The translations under genes were made by a program, and so were the position numbers. Positions 51,480-64,000 of a stretch of 64,000 bases of DNA are shown here, piece after piece. Each line of letters opens with the position of its first letter. The stretch's first letter is position 1. This stretch comes from Isurus oxyrinchus (Eukaryota), in NCBI GenBank assembly GCA_026770705.1, contig JANJGN010000005.1, forward strand, positions 103,726,001 to 103,790,000, in the 5' to 3' direction. The notes below the pieces were generated by a model, which was given only the letters and a program-made list of their open reading frames with translations, ran no database searches and had not been told where the DNA came from.

Positions 51480-52550
51480 GCCTCTCACATGGCCTAGGAG
51501 CCATAGCATTTATGAGGCTGGTCCAGTTCAGTTTCTGGTCAATGGTGAGCCCAGCATGTTGATGGTAAATGTCAAAGCGTGATGGTTAGGCCCTCTTTTC
51601 TTCAAGATATTCATTGGCATGAATGTTTGCCATTTATCGTTCCAAGCTTCAATGTTGTCCAAGTCTTGCTGAATACAGACATGAACTGCTTTATTATCTG
51701 AGGGATTTGCAGCTGAACAATATGCAACTTCCTACGTTATGATTAGCCGTGGTCATTGATGGGCAGCTGAAGCTAGTCAGGCCTTGGGTGTGACTTAAAG
51801 GATTCCTGCAGTGATATCCTGGAGCTGAGTTGATCAACAACCACGACCATCTTCTTTTGTCACAGATATGAATCCAGCTACCGGGCAAATTTTCGCCTAT
51901 CCGCACTGACATCAGTTTTATGAGAACCCTTTGGGATCACACTCAAACAAACGTAACCTTAATGTCATGAGTCACTGTCGCTTCACCTCTGTTATTCAGG
52001 TTTTGTTTCCATGTTTCAAGCAAGAGTGTAGTATGATCTCTAAAGGAATGACCCATTGCAGAAAGCAAACAGTACCAGTGATTGGATTATTAGTGAGTAA
52101 ATGCTGTTTGATAGCATTATCGATGACTTCTTCGATCACTCGCGATGATTGGGATTAGGCTGATAGCATTGTAATTAGCCAAGTTAGATTTACCCTGCTT
52201 TTTGTGTTTAGGACACACTTGGGCAATCGTCCAGATTGTCGTTGGATGCAAGTGCTGTGGCTGTACTGGGTCATCAGTGCTACAGGCAAGATGTTGTCAA
52301 GGTTCAAAACCTGGTGTGCTTGGTCTTTTCTTGATATCATTTGAAGTAAATGCTAGCTGAAGACCAGCATCTCTGATGGTGGTGACTTCAGGAAGAGGCC
52401 GAGAAGGATCATCCACTTGGCATTTTTGCTGAAGCTGGTTACAGATGCTTCAGCTTTATCTTTAACATTCATATGTTGAATTCTGCTATTGCTGAGGATG
52501 GGAATATTTTGGGTCTCTGCTTCCTGTTGGCTGCCTAATTGCCCACCACC
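51480..52550 (-). mobile_element. Second CR1-like LINE family, decayed
   Basis: Colinear with 18750-19620 and 32150-32635. Confidence 0.7.
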
Positions 52551-52556
52551 AGACGT

Positions 52557-52860
52557 CCTGCAATCAGCATCGCGGTGAAGCAGTCTGGGAAGAGCGACCT
52601 GCAGTCAGCCTCACTGGGAAGAGTGTTCTGCAGTCAGCATCACAATGAAGCAGTCTGGGAAGAGCATCCTGTAGTTAGCATCGCTGTGGAGCAGTCTGGG
52701 AAGCGCGTCATTCAGTCAGCATCACGGTGAAGCAGTCTGGGAAGAGTGCCTGCAGTCAGCATCATGGTGAAGCAGTCCTGGAAGAGTGTCCTGCAGTCAG
52801 CATCACAGTGAAGCAGTCTGGGAAGAGTGTCCTGCAGTCAGCATCGTGGTGAAGCAGTCA
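52557..52860 (+). repeat. 41-bp tandem repeat in the CR1 5' UTR (about 7 copies)
   Basis: Unit cctgcagtcagcatcacggtgaagcagtctgggaagagtgt. Confidence 0.9.
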
Positions 52861-53047
52861 CTTCAAAAAGTGACATCAGCACAAAGGTGAGAGCTGATTG
52901 GTGAGTAGTGGTTAAGTGTTTTTCTCCAGTTTAAAATAGATTAAGCTAAGGAAAGGTAAAGGTTCTAGTTTTTATTTAAAATACATAAATAATTTAACTT
53001 TTTTACTATATTTAACTTGAAGTAAGAGTTTTTTTTCAACTAGAGGC

Positions 53048-53995
53048 ATGGCAGGGCAGTCCAGTCTCATGTTATGTACTGCCTGAAACATGTGGGAAGT
53101 CCTGGATGCTCCTTGCACTCTGACAGACCACATGTGCAGGAAGTGCCACCAACTGCAGCTACTTGAACTCCGAGTTTCAGAGCTTGAGCAGCAGCTGGAG
53201 GCACTGAGGTGCATCCGTGAGGCTGAGAGTTTTGTGGATAGCACCTTTTTAGATGTGGTCACTGCACACCTTATGGAAGTGCAGACAGAGAGGGAATGGT
53301 GACCATCAATCAGAAGAAACGTGTCAGGCAGATAATCAGGAAATCCCCAGTGTGCATATCGCTCAAGAACCATTTTTCTGTGTTAGAAAATGGTGAGAGT
53401 GATGGTTCCTCTGGGGAGTGCAGCCACACTCATGGCACTGTGAGTGGCTCAGCTGCACAGGGTGGGAGGAAAAAGAGAGGGAGAGCAATAGTGGTAAGAG
53501 ACTCGATAGTAAGGGGCACAAACAGGCGTTTCTGCGGCCGTAGATGTGACTCCAGCATGGTATGTTGCCTCCCTGGTGCCACGATCAAAGATGTCACTGA
53601 ACAGCTGCAGGGCATTCTAAAGGGTGAGGGCAAACAGAAAGAGATTGTGTTACATATTGGTACCAACGACATAGGTAGAAAGAGCAGGACATAGGTCCTG
53701 CAAACAGAATTTAGGGAGCAAGGAAACAGATTTAAAAAAAGGACCTCAAAGGTAGTAATCTCTAGATTACTTCTGGTGCCACGCGCTGGTGAGTATAGAA
53801 ATAGGAGGTTAGTCCAGATGAATGCATAGCTGGAGAAATGGTGCAGGAGGGAGGACTTTAGATTTCTGGGACATTGGGACCGTTTCTGGGGGGCGGTGGG
53901 ACCTGTGCAAAGCGGACAGGTTGCACCTGAACCGGAATGGGACCAACATCCTTGCGGGGAGGTTTGCTAGTGCTGTTGAGGAGGGTTTAAACTAA
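53048..53995 (+). pseudogene. CR1 ORF1: zinc finger, leucine zipper and SGNH esterase; disrupted
   Basis: CTA*...HMCRKC, LELRVSELEQQLEAL, IVVRDSIVRG, CLPGA, VLHIGTND; stops and frameshifts. Confidence 0.88.
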
Positions 53996-54119
53996 CTTGG
54001 CAGGGGGATGGGATCCTGAGAGGAGGTTCAGCAGGGGGAGATGCACAGCCAAAATTAGAAGAGAGAGTAAGTGAAGCTGGAAGGCATAGAATGATAGGCC
54101 AGTTAAGATACAAGGGAGT

Positions 54120-56904
54120 TTGGCAAGGTTAGATGATATTTATTTTAATGCAAGGAATCTGACAAATAAGGCAGATGAGTTGAGGGCACAAGTTAACACA
54201 TGGAACTATGATGTCATTTGTGTTACAGAGACATGGTTGAGAGAGGGGCAGGATTGGCAGCTCAATGCTCCAGGATATAGGGTCTTCAGGCAAGACAGGG
54301 AAGCAGGTAAAAGAGGAGGGGGTATTGCAATATTGATCAAGGAATCAATTACAGCAGTAAGGAGGGATGACATCTTAGAAGGCTCCTCAAATGAAGCCAT
54401 ATGGGTAGAACTGAAAAACAAAAAAGGAACAATCACATTGCTGGGAGTGTACTATAGGCCCCCAAACAGTCAGAGAGAAATAGAAGAGCAGATATGTAGG
54501 CAAATTTCAGAGAAGTGTAAAAATAATAGGGTAGCAATAGTGGGGGATTTCAACTTCCCCAACATTAACTGGGTTAGTCATAGTAAGATAGGTTTAGAGG
54601 GAATGGAATTCTTAAAATGCATCCAGGAGAGTTTTTTAAGCCAGTTTTTAGAAGATCCTACAAGAGAGGAGGTGGTCCTGGACTTAGTTTTAGGGAATGA
54701 AGCCAGGCAAGTGGGAGAGGTATCAGTTGGGGACCATTTGCAGATAGTGATCATAACTCCATTAGATTCAATGTTGTTATGGAAAAGGACAAGGATGGGC
54801 CAGAAATCAGAGTTCGAAATTGGGGGAAGGCCGATTTTGATAAGATCAGATATGATTTGGCCAGAGTGAACTGGGAGCAGCTACTTTTAGGTAAGTCTGC
54901 GTCAGAGCAGTGGGACCCATTCAAGAAGGAAATAGGGAGAGTACAAGGCCAACATATTCCAGTAAAGACAAAGGGTGGGACCAACAAATCCAGGGATGTC
55001 GAGGAATATACAGGATTAGATAAAGAGAAAAAGGGAGGCTTATGGCAGATACTGAAGGCTCAAAACAGTGGAAGCTCTAGAGGAGTATAGAATGTATTGG
55101 GGGGAACTTAGAAAGGAAATTAGGAGAGCAAAAAGGGGACATTAAAAACATTGGCAGGTAAAATAAAGGAAAATCCAAAGTTATTTTACAAGTACATTAA
55201 GAGTAAGAGGATAACTAGGGAAATAATAGGGCCCATTAAGGACCATAGTGGTAATTTGTGTGTGGAGCTGGAAGATGTAAATAGGGTTCTAAATGAGTAC
55301 TTTGTGTCGGTGTTCATAAGTGAGAAGGACGATGTGGGTATGGAAATCAGGCAGAAGGACTGTGATATAATTAAAGAAATAAGCATTGAAAGGGAGGAAG
55401 TTCTAAGTGGTCTGGCAGGCTTAAAAGTAGATAAATCTCCAGGCCCGGATGAAATGTACCCCAGACTGTTGAGTGAGGCAAGGGAGGAGATAGCAGGGGC
55501 ACTGGCAATAATTTTCAATATCTCTCTGGCCAGAGGAGAGGTGCCAGAGGACTGGAGGACAGCCAATGTGCTACCATTATTCAAGAAGGGAAGAAGAGAT
55601 AAACCAGGGAACTACAGGCCAGTCAGTCTAACCTCAGTGGTGGGGAAACTATTGGAAGCAATTCTGAGGGACTGGATTAACCTACACTTGGAGAGGCAGG
55701 GATTAATCAAGGACATTCAGCATGGTTTTGTTAAGGGGAGGTCATGTCTGACCAATTTGATTAAATTTTTCAAAGAGGTGACCAGGTGTGTAGATGAGGG
55801 CAATGCAATGCATTTGATGTAGTCTACTTGGACTTCAGCAAGGCTTTTAATAAGATCTCACATGGGAGTCTGATAACGAAGGTAAGAGCCCATGGGATCC
55901 AAGGTAAATTGGATCCAGAATTGGCTGAGTGGCAGGAAGCAGAGGATGATGGTTGAGGGGTGTTTTTGTGACTGGATGCCTGTGTCCAGTGGGGTTCCAC
56001 AAATCGGTTTTGGGTCCCTTGCTGTTTGTGATATATATAAACGATTTAGACTTGAATGTAGGAGTGTTGATCATTAAGTTCGCGGATGACACGAAAATTA
56101 GTGGGGTGATAAATAGTGAGGAGGATTGACTTAAATTACAGGAGGATATAGACGGGCTGGTCAGATGGGCTGACCAGTGGCAAATGGAATTTAATCCAGA
56201 TAAATGTGAGGTGATGCACAGGACAAACAAGGCACGGGAATACACGATGAATGGTAAGACCCTGGGAAGTACCAAGGATCAGAGAGATCTTGGCGTACAT
56301 GTCCACTGGTCCGTTAAGGTAGCGGGACAGGTAGATAAGGTGGTTAAGAAGACATATGAGATACTTGCCTTTATTAGCCAAGACATAGAATATAAGAGCA
56401 GGAGGTTATGCTGGAACTGTATAAAACACTGGTTAAGCCACAGCTAGAGTATTGCATGCAGTTCTGGAATCCACATTATAGGAAGGATGTGATTGCACTC
56501 GAGAGAGTGCAGAGGAGATTTACCAGGATGCGTCCTGGGCTGGAGAGTTTCAGTTATGAAGAAAGATTGGATAGACTGGGATTATTTTCCCTGAGCAGAG
56601 GAGATTGAGGGGGGACATGATTGAGGTGTATAAAATTAAAAGGGTCATAGATAGGGTAGACAGGAAGGAACTTTTCCTCTTGGTGGAGGGATCAATAACC
56701 AGGGGGCATGGATTTAAAGTAAGGGACAGGAGGTTTAGAGGTGATGTGAAGAAGAATTTTTTCACCCAGAGGGTGGTGGGAATCTGGAACTCACTGCCTG
56801 AAAGGGTGGTAGAGGCAGAAACCCTTATAACATTTAAGAAGTATTTGGATGTGCGATGCCATGGCATACAAGGCTATGGTCCTGGTGCTGAAAAATGGGA
56901 TTAG
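54120..56904 (+). pseudogene. CR1 ORF2: APE endonuclease and reverse transcriptase; frameshifted
   Basis: YFNARNL, VTETWL, YYRPP, VGDFNFP; KSPGPD, NYRPVSLTS, QHGF, FADD. Confidence 0.93.
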
Positions 56905-57064
56905 AATAGTTTGGTACTTGTTTGACTGGCACAGACTCGATGGGCCGAAGGGCCTTTTTCTGTGCTGTAGACCTCCATGACTCTACAAATCAAAATATAT
57001 AATTCTTTGCACTTATGGGGCCAATTATGACTTTAAAATGGTTACAAGCAGGGTGTAATGGATT

Positions 57065-57171
57065 AAAAGCAAAGAACTGCAGATGCTGGAAATCCAAAAC
57101 TAAAACAAAAACAGAAATACCTGGAAAAACTCAGCAGATCTGGCAGCATGGGTAGAGAAGAGCACAGTTAA
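57065..57171 (-). mobile_element. Short PLE terminal module
   Basis: 11-bp TSD tgtaatggatt (57054-57064, 57172-57182). Confidence 0.85.
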
Positions 57172-58199
57172 TGTAATGGATTGGTGTTCCGCCTAATCTC
57201 TCACTGTTTTTAGAGGCATCTAATTTTGAATTGGGCATGAGATGGAGATTGGAAATGCCTGTCTGAAACAGTCACAAGCTTCATTAATATAAGAGGAAGC
57301 GACATCATATACATGGTAATATGACTTTGCTCAGTTTATTTTCTAGATTCCATCAACTTATGCTGACAGCCAGATACCTAAGGTGTTGAAAGTTAAGGCA
57401 GTTCACTCAAGCAGGATCTATTTAAAGATATCTGCAGCTTCCCCAGCTGCTTGTGAAACTCTCATTTCTTTGCTGTAACTTACTGTCTTAAAAATGCAGT
57501 CTGTATGAAGAAGGTTTGCAACAGGTGTTTGGACTTGACCACCACCACTACTGCCTTACTAGCCCCATGCACTTTTGGGGCCATATTTTCCCATTCTGAA
57601 TCAGGATGGAACAGATGTGGTACGACAGTTAAAATGGCAAACAAACAGCACGGCCAGAGTCTCGCCTCTGTTTCCAGCACAAGCCATTTTACACAGCACA
57701 GGAAAGGAAACCAGACCCTTGCCTATCAAGCCTTCAATTAAGCTTATTAAAGCTGCAATAGAAGGCCCCAAGTTAGACACAATGCAAGTTTCCAAGAGGC
57801 GGCCAAGAATCAGGAGTCCTCAGCAATCGCGCCCAGTGAGTGGAGGCATGAACAGTAACAGAGTCGAGTCCGTAAACAAGGAAAATGTTTGGAGCTTTAT
57901 TTGAATTGTTTGAACTGGCTGAAAGGTCTCACTGCATGTACTGAAAAATTGCAGGAGCTTATCAAGGGAGGGTGGAGAGGCAGGGTCCCTGTCACCTCAG
58001 GTGCTGGGAACATAACTGGCTTTGCCTGTGCATTGAGAAATTGAACCAAGCTTCTTGAACGTGACCTCGGCAACATGGAGGGTGGACCTGGAAATGGGAC
58101 TTGCAACATTGCACGTAGAGGCCATTGAGACATCACAGAGGCAGCATGCAGAGCAAAGAAAGGCTCCTGGGCATCAGGAGTGCACAGCCTCAAAACCAG

Positions 58200-58310
58200 G
58201 GCCCTGGAGGAAAAGGAGAGACTACTTAGAGCGCAGGATCTACCGATACAGGTGAAGTTCTTGGATTTGTCAGAAAGCCCCAGCCAGAAATGGATCCAGC
58301 TCTAGAAGCA
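58200..58310 (+). pseudogene. Harbinger (HARBI1-like) transposase N-terminal remnant
   Basis: RKRRDYLERRIYR, then frameshifted VKFLDLSE...; resembles the R.YR.R..FL.LSE motif of Harbinger transposases. Confidence 0.4.
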
Positions 58311-60184
58311 ATTTATAGAATCAGCAACTGCCGTTGGAGCCTATTTCAGAGGTCCACTATTTTTTGGGAAGAAAAACCACCTCCTGATATCTAGCCTAGA
58401 TCTGAATTATGCAACTTAAAATTATGATTTCTGGCCCTCTTAACCTCTTTAATTATAACAAACTGACTACTCAGAATGTTTCTGTTATTATCAGTACTAT
58501 CAACCAATCTGCAAACATTACAAGTGTAAAACAGGTAATTGATACATCTTCCAGGTTAAATGCTTTCATTGCTTTTCCAATAAAAAACTGGAAATAATAG
58601 GACATTTGCCTGGAATAATTTAAATTGCAGGATCTTGGGCCAGTCCAGGCATCACAGATGGTCCACACATTGCCCTATGTACTCTTGGCCACAGTAGTTC
58701 ATCCTTCATGACTTCAATCAGTGTGTATCTACCATGAGATAACCAGTGCTTGAGTATTTCGTGCAGATTTTATTCTCATGTACTCTGGCTCAGAGTAACA
58801 TTGGGTGAGGAGATCAAATGTTTGTAATGAAGTCTGCTCAATTTTCTATTTTGAGCTTGCTTCCCCTCTTTTTAAGATCTGATGTTGACTTGGAGATTGG
58901 GATGTCAAATAAGATGAGGCATATTGGTCTGTAGATGTATTGAAACAGATGCCACTCTGCAGGGAATGGGGTGTGGGGGGGCGGGGGTTGGGGGTTGGGA
59001 CGGGGGAGGGTGGGGAAAGGCCAGTGGTGGGCTGTGTCAGTGGGTGTTGGGCAAAAGTATCAGGCCCCAAGCATGAATAGTCAGTTTTTAACTATTTAAT
59101 TGTCCCTTTGCACATGGTAAACACGGGCCAACTTTTCTGACTGCAGGTGCTGGAAGGGTACTATAATGTTGTATACATCTGCTGGCTCCAGAGAAATAAA
59201 ATGAGTGAGTAATAACTCCATAAATTCCAAACATAGTCACTATTGAAAGTCACCAGAAGCCACAGCTCCAATGCTGGCATTGTGACCTCTGATTTTTGAG
59301 GATCCTTTATCTAATTAGCACTTTGCCTTTTCATGGAAAAACAATCCTTTCTTTTGTACCCTGGAGCAACCTTAAAGCCTTAAGCAGAACACTAGTAAAC
59401 CAGAAGTCTTGTTGGCTGGTGTTTTTTTAATTCATTCATGGGATGTGGGTGTCGCTGGCTAGGCCAGCATTTATTGTCCATCCCTAATTGCCCTTGAGAA
59501 CGTGGTTCTCCCAATTGTTATGCTGTCCTATAGACTTGAAGGCATTCTGTCAAAATAGATTAAACCATTTGCCATCAACCCTGAGAAATAGGATACTTGC
59601 AGGCCATGTAGAAATATTGATGTTAAGTTTTGATGTTAAGTAAGCATGGTTGTCATAGAAACATAAAAATTTACACCACAAAAGGAGGATGTTCTTCCAA
59701 CCATCTGCACCAGCTCGCTGAAAGAGCTATTCTACTCCCCTGCCCTTTCTCCAAGCCCTTTAAAGTTTTTCTTTTCAATTGTTCAACCACTTCTCTTATA
59801 AAAAGCTATCATGAATTCTAGTTCTACCATTATTTATGGGAGGGTACTGGATGTTCTAACACCTCTGCTGGAAAACACATTCTGTAACATATTCCTTTAC
59901 TCTTGGGTGATGATCTGTAATTTATGTTCTTGAATTGCCAATTTATGAACCAGTAGAAATTACTTTTTGGCCAGGATTTTCTGTTTGAGGAGGGGGTAGC
60001 GGGAGCGGGCACGGGCGGGTGGGGACCCGATCGCCACCCGTGGTCAAGTCCACTCTGCCATTTTACATGGGCAGGCCAATTAAGGCCCGCACAGTGTATT
60101 TCCCAACTCCCGTGGATAGCGGGAACGTACGGGCTGCAGCCATTCCAGGCCGTAGCAGAGGGGTTCGGGTGAGCAGGCCAGGCC

Positions 60185-60345
60185 GCAGGGCAGGGCAGAG
60201 GAGCAGGGCAGGCTGCAGGGTAGGGCAGAGGAGCAGGACAGGGCAGAGCAGAGGAGTAGGGCAGGCTGCAGGGTAGTGCAGAGGAGCAGGGCAGGCTGCA
60301 GGGTAGGGCAGAGGAGCAGGGTAGGCTGCAGGGTAGGGCAGCAGG
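60185..60345 (+). repeat. 30-bp G-rich tandem repeat
   Basis: Unit gcagggtagggcagaggagcagggcaggct, about 5 copies. Confidence 0.85.
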
Positions 60346-60360
60346 GGTGGGGGGGGCCAA

Positions 60361-61907
60361 TGCACCCCTTGTTTTTCAGATGGATGGCTTGATGCCCTCC
60401 TCGAGGAGGTGGCAGCATGGCAGGAGGTGTTGGTCCCCCTGGATGGGAGGAAGAGGCCCCCCCACATGACCAAACATGCCTAGGAGGAGGTGGCGGAGGT
60501 GGTGAGCTCCTGCAACGTGATGTGGCGCACCTGGATGCAGTGCCCTAAGCGCTTCAATGATTTGTTGCGCTCTGGCAGAGTGAGTACCATGTTGGCATTG
60601 GGCATTTAACAATCATTTAGAGCATTTTTCCTTTGCTGGGTGGGCAAGCAGATAGTGCCCATGCTGAGGTCAGCCTGAGTGGGTCATGAGGAGATGAGTT
60701 CTCTCCTGCACCATGTGTTGATCTTAGTCCCACATGGCAGGTTTGAGGGCAACCTGGAGGAGCTGCACCTAGGCGCGGACTCAGAACTCTAGGACATGTC
60801 CTGTTCAGGGTGATGAGATGGCAGAAGGGGAGCCTCAAGGTGTCGTGGCAATGAACCATCTGCTCCTCTCTACAGTGCATATGGTTGTGCCTCCTTGCTA
60901 TGGGAGCAAATACCGCGTAGTTCCTAATGTGACGTTGACAGCATGGGTTGGGGGAGTGGGGAGCAGGCTTTCTTTGTCTGAGTGATCAGCAGCAGCGGGG
61001 AGAGGAGGCACTGGAGGCCTGATATGTCCCACTCTGGTTGGAGTGCGGCATGTGTGAGCAGAGTCCATGTGCAATTTGCCCTAATCAATGGTCTTCTCTC
61101 TTTTTCAGGATAAGAATGTTCATAATGCGGCCGAGCAGGAAGCCCTTGAGCTGGAGAGGCGCCATGCACCCAGGTCCACTGGTGTCGGTGAGGTTGGGGT
61201 GGCATGGCCAGGTATTTAAGGCCAACAGTGAGATCTGCATTGTCCTCCCAACAGCCATTGCACTGCTGATTGTTAAATTAGTTATTGTTGCAACATTGCC
61301 GGACCATTAGTTCTGGAAGGTTGAGCGCATAATGATCCGGGGGACAGGGATGTACATTGACATTGTCTCCACATTAACCGATACACTGTCCTTGTTCTTC
61401 CTTTCAGCATCATCAGAGCAGGGCCGAGGGGAGGACCAGCAGACTCTCACACCTGAGGGGCCTGAAGTCTCAACAGCATCACACCATTTCTGCTAGGCAG
61501 GCACCAGCGCAGACACTAGCATCTCGGTGGGAATTCGAACATTGGCTAGTGTCCCGAGGCATAGTAATGAGGGCACTTCACAGTCGATGGAGGAGCTGGC
61601 AGAGACAGAGAATGCCCATGGCGTCAGAAGTCGGCGGACTGCAGGGGACCAGGTACATGCTCAGTTGGTGCCTGATGATGTGACTCTGGAGTCATCCACG
61701 ATGCAGCAGGAAGTGTGGCCGAGTGTGCAGGAACATCTGGGGGAGATACATGAGGCTATTCTTGGCTTGATCTCCATGGTGGACGAGTCTACGCAGACGA
61801 TCGCCAAAGCAATGAGCCACATGTCCGAGCACCATGCGTCCTCTCCATGGAGAGAGTGGCGACTCTGGGGATGCACTCTGACCAGCAAGCCCTCACATCG
61901 GCAATGA
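60361..61907 (+). pseudogene. Three-exon Myb/SANT-like (MSANTD-type) DNA-binding gene of Harbinger
   Basis: PCFSDGWLDALLEEV...KHA*EEVAEVVSS...RTWMQCPKRFNDL; exons ~60361-60579, 61109-61211 and 61408-61907 with GT-AG introns in compatible phases; two premature stops. Confidence 0.8.
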
Positions 61908-61919
61908 CCTCAGGTTAGG

Positions 61920-62200
61920 AGTGAGGGGGTAATTGGGGGAGGAGGGATGCTGGTGGAGGGGTGCTATGGTAGTCGGGGTTGGTCAGTAGTATAGCTACCC
62001 AGTAGTTAGAAGTGGTTTTCGTTCTTCTAACTTTTCCTGGGCAACTATTCTGCTAAGAGAGTCAACCATCTGAAGTTTTCGATTTAACTCGGAGTATTGG
62101 ATGATTTCAGGCACAGTGTAATTGCCCATCAGAAGTTTAAACTTCCCAGGCAATTCCTGTGCAGTCCTTTCACAGGGAATTCCTAAGGATCCCCCAAAGA
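61920..62200 (-). mobile_element. Fragment of the MITE family at 33509-34225
   Basis: Reverse complement matches aagtctgaacttctaatggacaatt...agttacccaagaaatgttaag...ctgggtaactat. Confidence 0.55.
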
Positions 62201-62424
62201 ATCTTCTGGGGTATCTCCTGTAGGGAAATTGATATTTAATAATTAATTTTAGTTTAGATCACACCATCACTGTATATTGATCAGTTAACTTTATGGTATA
62301 CTATCCTTTTAAATTGTAACCAGTAGAAGAATCCAGCATTTAACATGATATGACTCTGCTTAGGTTCATTTGACAAAGAAAGGCCCCATAGGACTTTACA
62401 CACAATGAGGTAACATACTAGTGA

Positions 62425-63197
62425 AAAAACAACAACAAAAATACCTGGAAAAACTCAGCAGGTCTGGCAGCATCTGCGGAGAGGAACACAGTTAACGTTT
62501 CAAGTCTGAATGACTCTTCAACAGAACTAAGTAAAAATAGAAGAGAGGTGAAATATAAGCTGTTTTAAGGGTGGGTGAGACAGGTAGAGCTGGATAGAGG
62601 GCCAGTGATAGGTGGAGATAACCAAAAGATGTCACAGACAAAAGGGGAGGTGTTGAAGGTGGTGATATTATCTAAGGAATGTGATAATTAAGGGTAGAAA
62701 GCCGGACAAGCAAGGTACAGATAGCCCTAGTGGGGGTGGGGTGGGGTGAAGGAATGAGAAAAGGCTAAAAGGTAGAGATAAAACAATGGAAAGAAAATAC
62801 ATTTAAAAATAATGGAAATAGGTGGGTAAAGAAAAATCTATATAAATTATTGGGAACAAAAGAGGGGGATCGGAAAGGGGGTGGAGATGGAGGAGAGAGT
62901 TCATGATCTAAAATTGTTGAACTCAATACTCAGTCCGGAATGCTGTAAAGTGCCTGGTCGGAAGGAGGGGTGCTGTTCCTCCAGTTTGCGTTGAGCTTCA
63001 CTGGAACAATGCAGCAAGCCAAGGACGGACATGTGGGCATTAGAGCAGGGTGGAGTGTTAAAATGGCAAGTGACAGGGAGGTCTGGATAATGCTTGCGGG
63101 TAGACCGAAGGTGTTCTGCAAAGCGGTCACCCAGTCTGCGTGGTCTCTCCAATGTAGAGGAATCCGCATTGGGGGCAACGAATGCAGCAGACTAGTG
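62425..63197 (-). mobile_element. Penelope-like retroelement 3' fragment with hammerhead (62490-62528)
   Basis: RRLGDRFAEHLRS...HFNTPPCS...EAQRKLEEQH; same family as 1-1090. Confidence 0.9.
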
Positions 63198-64000
63198 AGT
63201 TAATTACAGAACAGCTGCTGAAGAGGTCCCTTTATCTATCTCCTTATCATCGAGGCACATTGACTTGCTGTCTTCAAAGTTCAATGGGCAAGCTTACATC
63301 CCCTTATACCATAAAACCTTACCAGAAAAGGAAAGTTAGGAGGGAAAGAATAACAACAGCCATGTTCTACATTAAGCTAGTTTGATTTGTAGTGTTAGAA
63401 GAAAGTAATTACATTTGGCTCAATGTATTCTTTGTATTAAGAGCTAACATTTGTAATGATGTGTGACTAGTTTTGTAACTGTATAATCTTTTTAGACTTC
63501 TATCACTCAAGACTATGTATTAATTGAATGCATAAGGAGACTTTATTACCTTACATTTTAAACACTGATTACTGCTATGCACTTATATTTTATACACACT
63601 CTGTATAACGTTTAAGTATTAGCTATTTTGTAATCTTTTGTATTAGTATTTTTCAATCTTTTGTATTGGGCCTACATAATTTTAAGGTTATAAGCAACTT
63701 TTCCAAATTATCCTTTTGATTTAAAAGTAAAATAACTCATTCCAATTATCAACAACCACAGAGAGAAAAATGTCACCTAGCAGGTGGCCTGCAAAGACTG
63801 TTATCGATAAAGGCACCGACTTAATGAGGAATCTGTGCCAATTAAATAGAGTCTGAGACAATGAGCTCTTGATATCATTCATGAAGACATGACAGCGTGC
63901 CTCCCCTATCCTAAACAAATGGTCAAAGGAAGATACCATAAAACATCCTTTTGATTTAGCAAGAAGATATTAAATAACAGGAATAAACTTTAATGAGGGT

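Larger units (their letters stand above)
52551..56985 (+). mobile_element. Near-full-length CR1 LINE (5' UTR repeats, ORF1, ORF2, 3' tail)
   Basis: All parts are present in order; 3' hairpin gggccgaagggcc and ccatgactcta tail. Confidence 0.95.
59969..61915 (+). mobile_element. Harbinger transposon left part carrying the Myb/SANT gene
   Basis: Terminus ggccaggattttc is the reverse complement of the MITE end at 6104-6116; Myb-like gene downstream. Confidence 0.8.

Noticed and set aside
52557-52860. CRISPR-like array
   Set aside because: Head-to-tail repeats with no unique spacers; part of a CR1 5' UTR in a vertebrate genome
59830-60473. Minus-strand repetitive ORFs (PCSLPCSSAL etc.)
   Set aside because: Antisense read-through of a 30-bp GC-rich tandem repeat

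Overview
Vertebrate genomic DNA, almost certainly from a cartilaginous fish (shark), judged from its repeat content. Roughly half or more of the window is decayed retroelements: two CR1-superfamily LINE families (one near-full-length copy at about 52.55-56.99 kb), L2, DeuSINE-like and other tRNA-derived SINEs, and many Penelope-like (PLE) fragments. There are also Harbinger and hAT DNA transposon remnants and one R2-like RT fragment. A CpG-island promoter at about 44.5-45.2 kb heads a minus-strand gene (first coding exon MTSKNKAGSSRSNTSGSRK). That gene runs off the left edge through long introns with several candidate small or alternative exons, and I cannot name it confidently. The most notable signals are: (1) PLE termini carrying minimal type I hammerhead ribozymes, with a young subfamily fixed for a non-canonical core (CUGUYGA); (2) a 105-bp perfect palindromic double-hammerhead insertion with a 16-bp TSD; (3) a tRNA-Thr-like SINE with tandemly repeated B-boxes; (4) an intron-containing Harbinger Myb gene and related MITEs. 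Most listed six-frame ORFs are antisense or decayed TE ORFs. TE boundaries are approximate unless a TSD or TIR is cited.
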